A stretch of DNA of 64,000 nt from Vicugna vicugna (Eukaryota), in assembly GCA_013265495.1 (NCBI GenBank), contig MU058687.1, positions 2,110,001-2,174,000 of the forward strand, written 5' to 3'. The stretch's first letter is position 1, and the number at the start of each line of letters is the position of its first letter. The notes beneath the pieces are model-generated. The model did not search any database and was not told where the DNA came from. It saw only the letters and a list, made by a program, of their open reading frames with translations. Shown here piece after piece: positions 51,000 to 64,000 of the stretch. The translations under genes and the position numbers were made by a program.

Positions 51000-53960
51000 A
51001 AAGCAGGACTTCACCCACCAAGAGCCAGCTGGATGTTTGAAACAAAGATTAGACTTTGTATCATATTATCTTGCATATCTTAATTGACATTCCCAACCCT
51101 TTCACCACCAGGACTGACTCCTCTTCAAACAAAGAACTCTCTTAGAAAATCATGTTGTGGAAATCTTTTTTTTTTTAATTGTAAAATATTGGGGCAGCAA
51201 TTTTTGTTTTTAAAAAGCTCATCCTGTGCTATATTTTTTACATTGCTATTGCTGTCCCAACAGTTACCTACAGCTCTGTTTACAGAGCTGTTACTTTTTT
51301 GCAGGTATGTCTTTTTTCTTGAAAAACTAGTAACTGCTTTTGCAAGGTTTTTGGGTAGAGCTTTTAATACTATTTGAGGAAGTTCCAGATTTGCAGTCAG
51401 TTCCAGATAGATTTGAACACAGGGTTAAGACCTGTGTATGGAATTGTTTGCAGGAGATAAGGCTTGCCTTTGAGCCTGGTCTTGATTCAGGCAGAGTGCC
51501 AATAAGAAAAATCTAGCAAGTTCTCGAATTGGAGCCTCAGAAGAGACACCAGCAACGTGGGCCTTGGGAACTTACTCCATTTTTGTAGACAGCCTAATGG
51601 GATCGCCAGCAGCTGTGTTGGACTTTGCCTCATCTCCAAAGTTCATGTTCTGCCAAAAGAGGATCTGTATGTATCTACACAGATTGGTGTAAAGAAGAAG
51701 ATGGGTTAGGTGTTCAGCAACTTTAAAATAGTCAGTGGATTGTATCTTAATGCTTCATGTCGCAGTGTAGTAAGCCTGTATGTACTAAACGAGACTTTTA
51801 TTGTTAGTATTATAGGTCAATAACCTGCAGCAGAAATTCGTACTCTATTATAATAACGGCTTCTCGGGGCCATACCTTGGAGAGGAAAAATGCCTTTTTG
51901 TCATGCCTTTCTACTTGGCGTGTTTATGAGGGCTCAGCTGCACGTAGAGTTATATACACAGCCGTGCCTGAAGTTGGATGCCCCTTTGTCAGAATGAGGA
52001 ATAAGTGACTGCCTCAAGCTGCTGGAGAAAAGCCACCCTTTCTAAAAAAGCATTATCAAGAGTGTCATTCAGGGGCCTGGTTGACAGAAGGGCTCTTTCT
52101 TTGGGCAAATTGAGTGCTTTTACTCTGAAATACACTGAAGCTGTTCTCCAGCGCCTGCTGCCCAGGTGACGTTCTTGAGGAACTCCCACTCCTGCGCCTG
52201 CTTGTTTCCTGTGCTTGAGCCGGTGCTGAGCGGGACACAGCCTCCTCTCCCTGCGCGCGGTTGTCCATTTTTCTCACACAGATTGCAATGGTGAGCTGCT
52301 CTGTTGTGTTCCTTTAGAGATCGTTGTCCTTATCAGTGGTAGCTCCAGAATGTCCTTATCGGTGGGGTGAGTGTGAATCTAGTGGGGAGGAGGGACTTGA
52401 AACTAAGCTTACATAGCACTTTATGCAAGGCTGAGAGCATGGAGGGGGGGGCAGGCGGAGCTGCCAGAGCGAGGAGGAGCACTAAACCCAGTGCAGCATC
52501 CCCGGGGCCACCGGGTTCCCCTGCATAGCGGGTGCACCTCCCTCCCTGTGGCTGTGCCCACAGTACAGAAAACAGTGTCTGTTGAGTGTAAGTGGCTCTA
52601 CTCAGTTGTTTTAGTGATGAGGGTAGGTTTTTGTTGTCATATGTACATTTTTACCTAGTCCCCATAGTGTCCTAAGGCACGTATTTCTAACATAACTTGT
52701 TGGATTTAAGGGAGAAATCCATGGACATAATTTTATTTTCTTTGCACTGAGCTCCAGTGGCTCATGCAGAGATGGGTCCTGTGATCGTGGCCTACTGAAG
52801 ACCCTGCAGTCCGGGCAGCATCTCTTCTTCATAACATGTGGCCTAATAGTTCTTCCTACATGTGATTAAAAGTAATTTATACATACAACTTTATTTATTT
52901 TAAACATCTCTGTGATGACAGAGTTTAGTGACTTGCCCCAAATCATATAATCAAGCTAAGGCTTAAAATCCCAGACTTTCAGACTTTTCCTGCCCTAGGT
53001 TATAATCTTTTTTGTTGTTGTTGTTTACAACCTGAGTCACTCTGAGACCCATATTTTTGAAACGGTATGCCATGAATGTTTATCATTTTTGAGGTATGCT
53101 CTCCTACTATTTTGAATACTTTCAACAGGGAGCACCCAAAAATGCCGTATGTACCTGTAATAAGTAGGAAAGGAAGTTAATTGCCTAAGAGACTAGCCAT
53201 TAAGCACACAAATACTTTTCCAACACAGGGTTGTAAATGGCGCTGCTTATTTTAAGCTGCTGCATGAGCATGCTTACAAAATTATTAACTGACTTATTCT
53301 GCTTGTTTTTTTGTATGAGTCCATTCCAGAGAAATAACCTTAGAATCAAGCATCTTTTGAATCTTAAATTTTAAATTTCCTTTTTATATGACAAAGTATA
53401 TAATGTCATAAATCAAGAAAAATCTGTTACCTTTCAACAAAAGATAATTTCACAATCAGATTTTGTAATGTGTTAAAAAAAAAAAAACTGTGATGGCTTG
53501 ACTTCCTTTGAGGATGATCATTGAACTCACATGTGTTTGATCTGCTCAAAAGTAGTAACTGAAGCAGAGTTCCACAGTTCTTATTTCAGGGTTCTGATTT
53601 TTCCCGGCTGGCTGCACAGTCTGCCTGTCTGAATCCTAATCTTGGGTATTTTCCACAGTGGGCAAAGGCAAGACATTATCTACTTGCATGAGCATTATTC
53701 CTAAAGGATAGTTTTGCTTATGAGTTTAAGGGAATTTGAGATTATTTTTCAGATGCAGTATTTTAAAGGGAAAATCTTATTTTCATCAAAACTCTTGTGT
53801 TGCTTTTTGGTAAGGACTGTTCAGAAGAAGTTAGTGGTTGTTTAATGGTGCTAAATTTGGGAAGGGCAGGGTATGATCTTTATTGAGTGGTCTGTTCTTG
53901 ATAAATAGGCCTCATTTAGCACTGAATTCTTTAGAAATCAAATGCAGTTGAAAATTTCAG

Positions 53961-54065
53961 TAGGTGTTCTGTGCGGTTCAGTGGGTTTGTAAATGTAATT
54001 CTTGGTGTATTTGTGGGAGACGGCGAGCTGTGAGTCTCTACTCCACCATCTTGGTACCTCCCCCC
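53961..54065 (-). mobile_element. Isolated 105-bp LINE-1 5'-end fragment with 12-bp TSD and no poly(A)
   Basis: Similar to ~17828-17933 (shared cttggtgtatttgtgggaga and tctactcc(a/g)ccatcttg); flanked by exact tgaaaatttcag at 53949-53960 and 54066-54077. Confidence 0.85.
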
Positions 54066-55239
54066 TGAAAATTTCAGATGACTTGGTTTTGTTGGGCTAT
54101 AGAAACAGGCTGCAAATAAGGCCATTTTGGCAACAAAATGACCAAAAGCTGAAATAAAACTTCTTAACCTGTGATACTTATTGCATCCTTTGCTAAGAGC
54201 AGCACCTAGGACAGGTAGTTAAACCGTTTCTGAATCCAAACAGATGAATGTGATACATCCTTGCATTTGAAATCAGAAATGCAATCTAGACCATAGCATA
54301 GCAAGTTCTGATGCTGCAAAATACAGGGGCAGAGTGACCACAGATGTCATTGAGAGTTGAACAAGTCACAGAATGTCACAAGTAAGGAGTTAGGCTGGCG
54401 TTGTCATTGCTGATGTGATGGGGTCTCCACTTTGGCTCCAGGCAGAGACTCCTGGTGATGCATGATTCATTTTCAGTCTGTGCTTTATTTTGACTTCATT
54501 ACCATGGTTCTGAGCACAAGCTTTTTAAAAGTTTCCTGGGGAGAAGGCTATGTACAGATCTCAGCATTAGAAGCTGTATTCAGCATTCTGTATGTTTGGT
54601 GAACCTTATCTGAGCGGGAATGAGAACAGAGTGGCTTTCTCTAGCAGCTGTGGATACAGTCTAGTTGGGGGCATAGCTTACAGGATGTCTCATGGGTTCA
54701 TGGAATGGCAGAAGAGGAAGAAGCAGTTTGATCTTGCTGTCACCTGCTCCCTTTGTTAATTTTTAAGCTGCGCATTTTACTTGTCAGTATTTCCTTATTT
54801 CCCACTCCAGTCATAGTCATGACAGTTAGTGGAGTTACTGATAGTGACAGCGATCAAGTTGGGTTCCTACCCGATTAGAAACCTGGTACAGAGGGAAAAG
54901 ATGAGGAAATTGGTGGGTTCTGCTGTTAGCACAAAACAGATGAACATCAAATGCCTGGGAATAGCAACATCAAAAAGAAACAAGGAAATTTGAGTGATCT
55001 TGCTGCAGACTCTGGATTATAAGGTTTTTAACAAGCCCAGCAAAACAAACTTATGGCCAAAAGAAGAAACTTTCTTGATACTGCACTGAACTTGGTAAAA
55101 TTGCCAAATGTGGGGAATAAAAATTTTTTCAAGCATGATATTGAAGAGTGGGGCAGATCCTGAAGATGGTCACCAGGGAAAGCAATCTTGGCAAGGTCCA
55201 GAGTGGGATGGCAAAGGGAGGAGAGGGAGAGATGCTTAG

Positions 55240-55390
55240 AGCAAGGGTGCTGAGGCCCTTAGGCCAACAGCATCAACACATTCTCTCTTCCACCAGATCT
55301 GCTGAATCAGAAACTGAGGGCAAGGCCCGGCAATCTTTTACAGGCCCTCCAAGGGATTCCGGTACACGCTGATGCTTGAGAACCGCAAGC
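55240..55390. mobile_element. MER5A-like fragment
   Basis: ctgctgaatcagaaact..ttgagaacc. Confidence 0.6.
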
Positions 55391-56329
55391 TTTGCCACAG
55401 TTGAAAAGAAATGTTTTAATATACTGGTATCCCCCCGAGGCTCTGAGGTGCTTTTATATTTTCCTCCTTAAGTATAGAGGTGTTTTTGTACAGTTCTTTG
55501 CAGAAACTGTTAAATGTCTTTATTTCCTATACTTTTCCCCTCAAGCTCCTGAAAGATCTGGAAACACTGAGAAAGGATGATGTGGAGAAAATGCCATTGA
55601 GGCCATTTTTAGATGGATGGAAACAACCTTTTAAAAGTGGATTAAAGTATAACAATGGAGTTTTAGTCTGTGAATGATAGTCATGTTTTACAGTTGACAG
55701 TAAAACATTAGTGTAAGATACTGCCATCCATGATTTTATGATACTTATTCATTACATCTTAGTTTCATGTGAAAATGTCATATATTTTCCAGTATCATCA
55801 TGATGATGACTTTAAGGTGTAGCTCACAAAAATGAAACAAATAATTGGAAAGAAAAACCACCCTGAGTACATAGCTATTGTGTAATAAACACCTGTTGAG
55901 TTATTGGTAATCTTTTGCTGGGAATTAATCTCAATACTTCAGAGCATGTAAAAATCGATTTTCAGTGATGCCACTTAATCACACCCCATTGTCTTTGTTT
56001 TACATTTCAGCTAGTGATGCTACAGGGGTTGGGGACCAGTAGTAGCAGCATGTTGTATTTTTTTGTTGTCTGACTTACAGATTTGGTGTTTCAGAATATA
56101 ATCATCTTAAAGCTTTGAAATTAAGTCATGGCCATTTCTTTAGATGTTATTTGGCTACTTTATTACTAAAGCCTACAACCCGAAACTGTCTTTCTGGGAG
56201 TATGTGTGGCTGTGGAGGAGTGCGCTAGTATCACTTCCTCAGGTGCTCATGTTTTGTGCCTGGATCTTTATTTATAAAAGGGACTGGGTGATGACACAGA
56301 GAGGTCAGTGCTATTGAAAGTCACATGTT

Positions 56330-56772
56330 ACTCACAGTTCCCCTAAAAACATGCGGCATGGCTTGACATGCGGGGTCACAGGACAAACACCAGGTTTACG
56401 TCAGCAGGCAGAAGACCCGAAGCAAGTGATAGGTTTAGGCCAGAGCCTTGATTGGAGTTTTCCCCAGAAAAGCTAAGCAGGGCAGGGAGAACAGTTCAGG
56501 AGTGGCTAGTGAATAATTCCACGGCCTTTGGGCTACATTGTGGGCTCCAATTGCCTGGTGCTTGGCTCTGGGATCATTGCTTCCTGGGGTGTGCAGGCCA
56601 GATGTAGGAGGAATGGCTCCATCAGGCCTGGTTATTCTGCAATGTCAAGAACACGAACGTGCTGCGGGCTGAGTCCTTCGCCATCTCTAAGAACTGGCCA
56701 GCCCTGGGAGGGGCGGTCTCTCTCCAGCCAGAAAGGTTTTTTTAAGATGTCAAAAAACATGATTAATACACA
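56330..56772. mobile_element. Probable solo LTR (MER54/MER74-like)
   Basis: ggccagagccttgattggag..agaactggccagccctgggagggg..aagatgtcaaaa..aataca terminus. Confidence 0.5.
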
Positions 56773-59016
56773 TGTATAGGGTGTTTAACTCTTCTTTCAA
56801 TTCTTGTAGTCTTTTAAAACACCATATAATTTTTCCCTTCCATCTTGAAAACCAGTTAAAAGTACGTCTGGCCAAAATGTTAGTGTTACTAGATATTATC
56901 AAGGTGTGAGGACATAAAAGTACTTTAAAGATGTAAATTATGAAAATTAATGGGTTTTTTTTACCTAAAAGTGAGTTCTGACCCTTGCAGATCCCTCATT
57001 CAAATATTTTTCATTGAAAAAAGGAAAGAAAATGTCAAGGAACTTACAAACGGCCTTGGTGACTTTGACTGAAATCACCCTGTTTGACTATGTATAGATT
57101 CTTCATCTTGCTCCTCCCATTGGGCCATGTATTTCTCCATGAAACATCTGCCACCCCAAAATCATGGTGACAATTTGAATTGCTCTAAATATCTCATTCA
57201 ACCTCCCACCTGCTGTCAGCAGCTCTTGCAAACTGGCCACTTTAAACCCTTTCAGCCCCCACCTTTCAACCCTGGCAGCTCTCACCCTCCCCTAACAGAC
57301 AATAGAGCATTAGGCGGGAAACCCCAGTCAGTCACCTTCACGTACACCCTTCCTCACCTCTTTGTCTTTGTCTTGCCTGTCCTGCCCCTAATGAATCCCT
57401 TCTCCTATACTCTCCCTTCATCGAATGCCTTGCTCAGTACAGCTTCTCCTGACACATACGGCTTTGCGTTTAAACACGTTCAGAGTCTCCCCCTTCAAAC
57501 AAAAATACCCTTCCTCAACCCCTTGAACCCCTTGACTAGCACTGAAGTACTGTCCTCTCCTACACTTTCTGTCCGTTGTTAATTCCACTGAAGCAGTAGT
57601 TTTTATGGCTGCACCCTGTGATCATCTCGGAAGATTTTTTTAGAATCCTGATTCTCCCAGCTGAACCACAGACCAGTCACACCAGAATGTGGTGGAACAG
57701 CCTTTTTAAAGCAAGGACATGCAGCCACTGTGCAGCCAGGGCTGGGAGCCAACATGCTAAAATCTGGTCGTACCCTTGCCGCCATGAGAATTGTTCTTGC
57801 TGGGTCCCGCCCTTGACTTTAGCTGCCAACATTTAGTCCTTAGGTTGATCTTTATATCTTGATAGCATATCACCTCTTCTTTTCTGGAATTCTACCTTTT
57901 CTGACCCTGCCCACCTGACTTTCCTTGTACTTACTTGCTCTTTTTTAGCCTCCACAGGTGGGCAGGTTGGTCTGGAGGTCAGTCCAACATAGACTGACTC
58001 TGCTCTCACCTCCAGTACTTCAGTTAACACCTATGTGCTGATGAATTCCTTTTGCCACACCATCATAACACACTGGCCTAAAGCACAGACCTGGAGCGAA
58101 GCACTTACCTGCAGTAATAATGACTGTAAGGCCTCCTCAAGGTGTCTGTTCTCACTTTTTGTTCCTCCTTCAAGCCCACTGAAGTAGGAAGTGGGAAGAA
58201 TTGCTGACCATGTTAGTCAGATTCTAAGATGGATCACCCTTATTTACTAGTGGGTGGAGTTGCTGATCATGAAAAGTCAGGCTGCAGTGTGGTCCCCCTT
58301 CTGCTTTCTCCTTTCCAGGTTGTTGGACTGGCGAGGAGGCCTGGGCCCGCTTCTCCCTAGGAGGAAGCTACTCCCATTTACTGCTCGCTTCAGTTTTTTT
58401 TTTAATTTGCTGCAGTTGGTAAAGATTTTAGTTTGGGTTTAGGGGATGAGACAGACCCATTCCTTCACCACTTTTGACCTTGGGTACCATGTTGGAGCTT
58501 ACTTTATCAGACAAGTTTTTATTAGAGTCTCAGGCACTATTCCTACTGCTGATAAAGTGGGACTTGATTTCCCACTTCACTACCATCACTGCATGCTGCC
58601 TCTGGAGCTGTGTGTAGGTGTTCCACCCTCACCAGAAGGGACGCTGTTCCTGGCTTCTGGACACCACTAGTTTCTGATTCAAAATCTGGGGTGGGTGGAT
58701 CAAATTAGTAGACAGGTGCCTGTGTCCTACCTCCAGGAATGTTCAGCTTCCACTGGGAATGGATGAATTCTTCAAGCGTAGGAGGGCAGTTTAGATGCTG
58801 AACAGCCGACAGGGATAGCAAAGGTCCATTAGAGCCATCGCCCTATTCACTGATTCAACAGGCATGTACTTGGCACTCACTAATCAGGCTTCCTCAGGGA
58901 TCTCTTGGGGAAGAGGGTGGCTGCTCCAAAGCAGAATATTCCTGGGTTCCTTAGATATACTCTGCTTGAACCAGTAGATAGTAGAACCCTATCCAGAGCC
59001 CATCATCCTACTACCA

Positions 59017-59040
59017 TTACTACTACTACTACTACTACTA
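59017..59040. repeat. (TAC)n microsatellite, about 8 units
   Basis: tactactactactactactacta seen directly. Confidence 0.9.
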
Positions 59041-60869
59041 ATGATATTAATAAAATAAATTTTATTAAAAGTAATATTTGCTGAGTATTTTATGCCATTT
59101 GTAAATAGCACCTCAATTTTCAACAACTCTAAGATAAGTGCTTTTATCTCTATTTTAAAGCAACGAAATACTCTTAAAGCTAGAAATTAATTTACTCAAA
59201 GTCACAGCTAGTGTCAACCAGGACTCAAATTTTAAGTCTGTTTGATGCTAGAGTTTCCATTGCCAACTGATACCCTATGCTACCCCTTTTCATAATATTG
59301 GTGAACTGTTGGTGGGCATGTATATCTGAAATAAACTACGTGCCCCCCAGCCCAGAATCGGGTGTCTGGTGAGACCCTTTTGCTTCATCTACCTGTTACT
59401 CCTGGTGAGCTGACTCCCTGTCAGAGCAGCTGGGAATGGGCTGGTCTCTTCTCTGTGCCTACATATTGAAAGAAGATGGTCAGTTTCTGTGACATTCTCT
59501 TAAAAACAGCCTACTTTTGTTTTTGAAAGTGACTAGAGCAAAACTCAATATAATCTTCCAAACCTATGGTAATAAAAGATGTTGCCCTTTGTGTGCCAAA
59601 GCAAAACTGGTCCCTAAACTAGGAAGACATGACTTTGAGTTGTTAGTTGCTGGTAAAACTATTCTGACTACTTGGTAAACATCTCACAGAACTGCTAGCA
59701 AAATAGCTGTCTTAATTAACAGTCTTGGCCTTTATAAACATCCTTCCAAATCAGTAGATGTGTATAGAACACGTTTTAGGCCAACCATTCTGCTAGGAGC
59801 TGAGTATGCAAAGAGGAAAGGCATTTCTAGTGTTACAAAGTTCATGGTCTTCTGAAGAAGAGATAAGGAAAGCAAATATTACAATGTAGAATGATACATT
59901 TTGAGACAAGAATATCAGGGTTTTGGGCAGCAAGGAGGAAGTCACTCTTAACTTGAAATGAACACAGGGAGGATTCGAAAAATACCACACAAAGTCTTGA
60001 AGGATGAACAGGAGCTCAGTGAAGAAGAAAGGATGAGGCCATTCAAGGGTAAAGAGCATGGTCTGCTCAGGCCGCTGCAGCTATTTTGGCATCGCTGATG
60101 TATAAAGCACGTGGAGGAGCAAGGAGAGGTAGTCAGGAGACAGAAAGTGAGGGGCCCTGTGTGCACTGGCTTACCCGTTGATTTGGAGAGCTGTGATAGT
60201 ATTCCTCTCTGTGCAGTCACGGAAACCCTATTGCAACTGGTGTTTGTGCAAACAACGTGATGGAACTGAGATGTAAACTGGTTTGCACCTCCTTGTTCCC
60301 CTTTCTGGGAAGTATAACCAGGTCCACCTATTTGTAGGAGCTGCTGACATATTTAGGAGTAAATTAAACTGAATTGGAAAGTTTCTACCATGGCTGACCG
60401 ATTCCCTTACGTGTTCTATCATGATACTAGTCTGAAGTTACTCTCCTTGAACCATCTTATCTTGGTAGAACTTAATGCATAACATGATGGTCTTAATTCC
60501 TAGAACTGTTCTTTAGTAACAGTTTGTTGCTGTCAGCCACCAGTTACGCATTTGGGGCTCTATTTCTTGGTGGAGACAGAAGATTTGTGTTGATCCATTC
60601 ACATGTTTTAGATCAGGGACCTTTGCAATCTTTGCAATTTCAAGGCTGCAGAAAGTGTCCATAGGGTGAAACCAATGCAGCTGGCCCACACTAAGCTCTG
60701 ATCCCATCCTAGGAATAATAAAATGAGCTGAACCCTTTGAAACTTAAACAAAGCCAATTAAGTGGTTTTGGCCCACAGTGGTGAGTTACGGCCCTTTTCT
60801 AGTGAGCCACATGAATATGCCTCAGTGCCTCCTCTCCACACTTTCTGGGGTCCTTGATTCAAAACTGTA

Positions 60870-61670
60870 AAAAAAATTCCATTTTGAAATAATTTTGGAC
60901 TTCCAGGGAAGTTGCAAGAAGAGGAAGAGAGTTGCCATAGGCCTTCCTCCCAACTTCTAATGTTAACAACTTCACACAGCTGTGGTACAAGTATTGAAAC
61001 CAGGAAGTGAACTTTGACACAATCCTACTGACTAAACTACATACTGTGTTTATATTTCATCTGTTTTCCCAATAATGTTTTTTTCAATACAGGATCCATA
61101 GTCACCGGTGTCTCTTTCTGGGCTTTCTCTTCTATTCCACTGGTCTATTTGTCTCTCTGTGCACAGTACCATGCTGTTTTAATTATGGAAACTTTATATT
61201 TTTAATGTCTGGGAGAGCTAGTCGCCTCTTTTACTTCTTCAGTGTTTTCCTGGCTATTCGTACATGTTTGTTTCTCTGTGTAAACTTTAGTATCAACCTG
61301 TCTAACTCCATTAAAAAGTGTGTTGATATTTTTATTGAGATTGTATTATATTAACTAAAGGAAAACGGACACCATTACAATTTTGAGTCATCCTATCCAA
61401 GAATAGGGGATGTATTGTTCAAGTCTACTTTTGTGCTTTTTCAGGGCTGTTTTAAAATTTTCCTTCTATATGTTTTGCACATTTCTTGTTAAGTTTATCC
61501 TTAAGTATTTAATCTTTGTTGCTAGTAAATGGGATTTTCTCTGCCATTGTGTCTTCTACTTGGTTATTATTCTTATACATGAAGGCTGTTTTTATATGCT
61601 AATTTTTCATCCTGCTACCTTACTGAATTCCTTTACTTTTTGGGTTCTTTCTGTCATTGATCATTGAGGG
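60870..61670 (-). mobile_element. Ancient L1M fragments (L1MC-like 3' end plus ORF2 relic)
   Basis: tctgggctttctcttctattccactggtctat parallels 12133-12165 of the intact ORF2. Confidence 0.7.
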
Positions 61671-63870
61671 TCAAAAAATATCTTTCTAAATGCACAGAGC
61701 AGTGGCAAGAAATGAAAGAATCTATAGAGGTCAAAAGTGACGTGAAAGCTTGACCCTTAGGAGGCACATAAGACAAAAGGCATCTTTAGCCCTGAAGGTA
61801 TCAGCTGAGACCTGGTTTCCTTGAGCCTCTGTCATGATGACTGTGATGGGTGTAGGCAATGAAGCAGGGTCTGCTTAAGGCAGAGCGAGGGCCCTGTAAC
61901 TACTACACCCAATACTAAATAAACCCACGAAGCAGAAATAACAGCAAGGAAACATGCCTTTCTTTACCTTGGCCCTAGATGGAAGAAAAGCTTTTTTTTT
62001 TTAAGCCTAAAAATACTTAACAAGTTGTCCCTTATAGAGGTTTATGGCCCAAATTTATACTAGTGTGATCCAAAATACTGCACATAGGAATTTAATTTAC
62101 AGTAGACCTGGGTAGGTAGTAACCCCAGATGACTGGCAGAAGCAAACACACATTCTCTCTGGAGGAATGAAACTTCAATCTAGGTAGCAAAGAACTCCCA
62201 CAGTTAAAAGTTACAGAGACTATGGGTGGCTTGCAGTTAAAAACCACAAACCAAAGAAGGAGATCGGATACCATGAGTGCAAGCAACCAGAAACAACACA
62301 CAGGAGAATCAGACTCACAAACACCTTAGATATGGTACTTATTAGCACAGAATATAAACTACATGTTTTAAATATATGAGAAGCTTCAAAACACCAGGCT
62401 ACAAAAGCGTATTACTTATGAAAGGGGGTGATGAGAGTTAAAGTGTCCTACTGCTCCTTAATTGTTCAAGAGGAGAGTAGAGTTTTATTAACTTTGGACT
62501 TTAGGTAAGTAGACATGTTAAAATACTTGGAGTAACCATTAAAAGAATAAATATGGAGAATATAGCATTTAAACTAATATAGGGGAAAGAATGTTAAAGA
62601 GAAAAACTAGAAAAGTGAGAAAAAGAAAAAGCATACAATAAGATGGTAAAAAAAATTGAAGTATAGTAGTAAATATGTCAGTTAAGTATAAATAAATGAA
62701 ACTGTCCAGTTGAAATATAAAGCCTGTAATACTGGACTTAAAAAATACAGCTATATGTTATTTATAAGGGATATGTCTAAAACAAAGTCACAGAAAGATT
62801 GAAAAGGAAAAAGATGGGAAAAATGTAAGAGGCAGATAGCAGAGAAAGTAAGGATATTCTCTACAAAGTAATAAACATTGGTTCAATTACTGATAAATGG
62901 CTCAGTTTACCAGGGAGATACACTAATTCTCAACTAAGCTTAATGTAGGTTAGGTAACTTGAGTTTAGTTGAGCTTAACTACGCTCAACAGCTTCAATAC
63001 ACATAAGCAGTACTAAGTTAAAAATACCCTCTTTCTGTAATTGATATGACAAGTGGACAGAAACTGTTGTGACTGTAAAATATTTAAAGAGCAAAATAAA
63101 TAAGCTTGGCAGTATGGACATGAAGAGACTATCACACCCAAGAATTTGAAGAGTTACACATAATTTTCAAGCACAGACTGAACATTTACAAAACTTGACT
63201 CTTAGACCATAAAGCAAACTTCCAGTAAATTCCAAAGATTAGAGCCACATAGATCACACTCTCTAATCACAACGAAAGTAAATTAAAAAGTCAATGACAA
63301 CAATAACAAAAAAGGAATGCCTTTGGAAACTTAATAACATATCTAAATGAATGAATCAGTAAAAAAATCCTAATGGAAATTAGAACATACTTACAACTGA
63401 ATTATACAAAAATTCTATGGATTAACACTCTTGGGATACAGCTAAAGGGACAGAGGAAAATTTATGGTCTGGAATGTTTTGAGTTTGAGAAGAAGAGAGG
63501 ACTGAAAATTTATGAGGTAAGCTTTCAACATTTTTACACTTACTAAAAGAACAACATTATTTTTCCAGAGGAGAAGAGTAACTCGGAGAAGATAAAAGTA
63601 AAAAAATTATAGTACTGAGATCAGAATTTAATGATACAGAAAATAAACATATACTTCTTTAGTTAAGAAAAAATAAGGAAGGCACAAAAATATTAGGAAT
63701 GAAAAGGGTATATAATTACAGATTCAGCAGAGATTTTAAAGTTAGTAAGGTAATATTGTGACAACTTTAGCTCATAAATTTGAAAGCTTAGGCAAAATGG
63801 ACATTATCAAACTCAATTAGGAGAAACAGAAATCTTGATCATTAAACACATCTAGTACATAGTTTAAAAT
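61670..63870 (+). mobile_element. Ancient L1M relic (5' region and endonuclease-coding part)
   Basis: A-rich; degenerate EN motifs (ttttcaagcaca, ctctaatcacaacg, tgggatacagctaa, aaatggaca). Confidence 0.7.
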
Positions 63871-64000
63871 CTGAGACTGTATATTCTTCATAGAAAGACT
63901 TAGTATGATCCACCTAAAATGCTGGAAATGTCCAGTTCTTTCTGGAGCTAGGCATTAGGCATGCTGATGATCAAGTTCATTTGGAAGAGCAAATGAGCAG

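Larger units (their letters stand above)
51000..55900 (+). other. GPATCH2L: GPATCH2L 3'UTR, end undetermined
   Basis: Repeat-poor sequence after the stop. Candidate signals are ATTAAA 52865-52870, AATAAA ~55115-55120 and AATAAA 55884-55889; the used one cannot be chosen from sequence. Confidence 0.4.

Overview
Mammalian nuclear DNA, probably a camelid (one Vic-1-like tRNA-derived SINE; no Alu, B1, BovB or PRE elements recognised). The + strand carries the 3' two-thirds of GPATCH2L. The window appears to open at the exon-2 donor, and coding exons at 21170, 25535, 27268, 30113, 31053/31144, 32695, 44627 and 50839 splice in frame to TAG at 50997-50999. Intron 2 holds a ~7.2-kb full-length antisense LINE-1 with intact ORF1 and ORF2, a CpG-rich 5'UTR and a target-site duplication. 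The rest is ordinary intronic and 3' sequence with old MIR, L2, L1M, MER and LTR relics. Best leads: (1) the potentially active L1; (2) a third ORF with a splice acceptor in its inter-ORF spacer, whose stop overlaps the ORF2 start; (3) an antisense ORF0-like frame in phase with GPATCH2L exon 3; (4) a pair of mutually exclusive exons 51 nt apart; (5) a candidate alternative last exon; (6) a tailless 105-bp insertion of only an L1 5' end. None is proven to be a new system. Gene identity, exon numbering and repeat family names come from recall, not database searches, and boundaries of old repeats are approximate.
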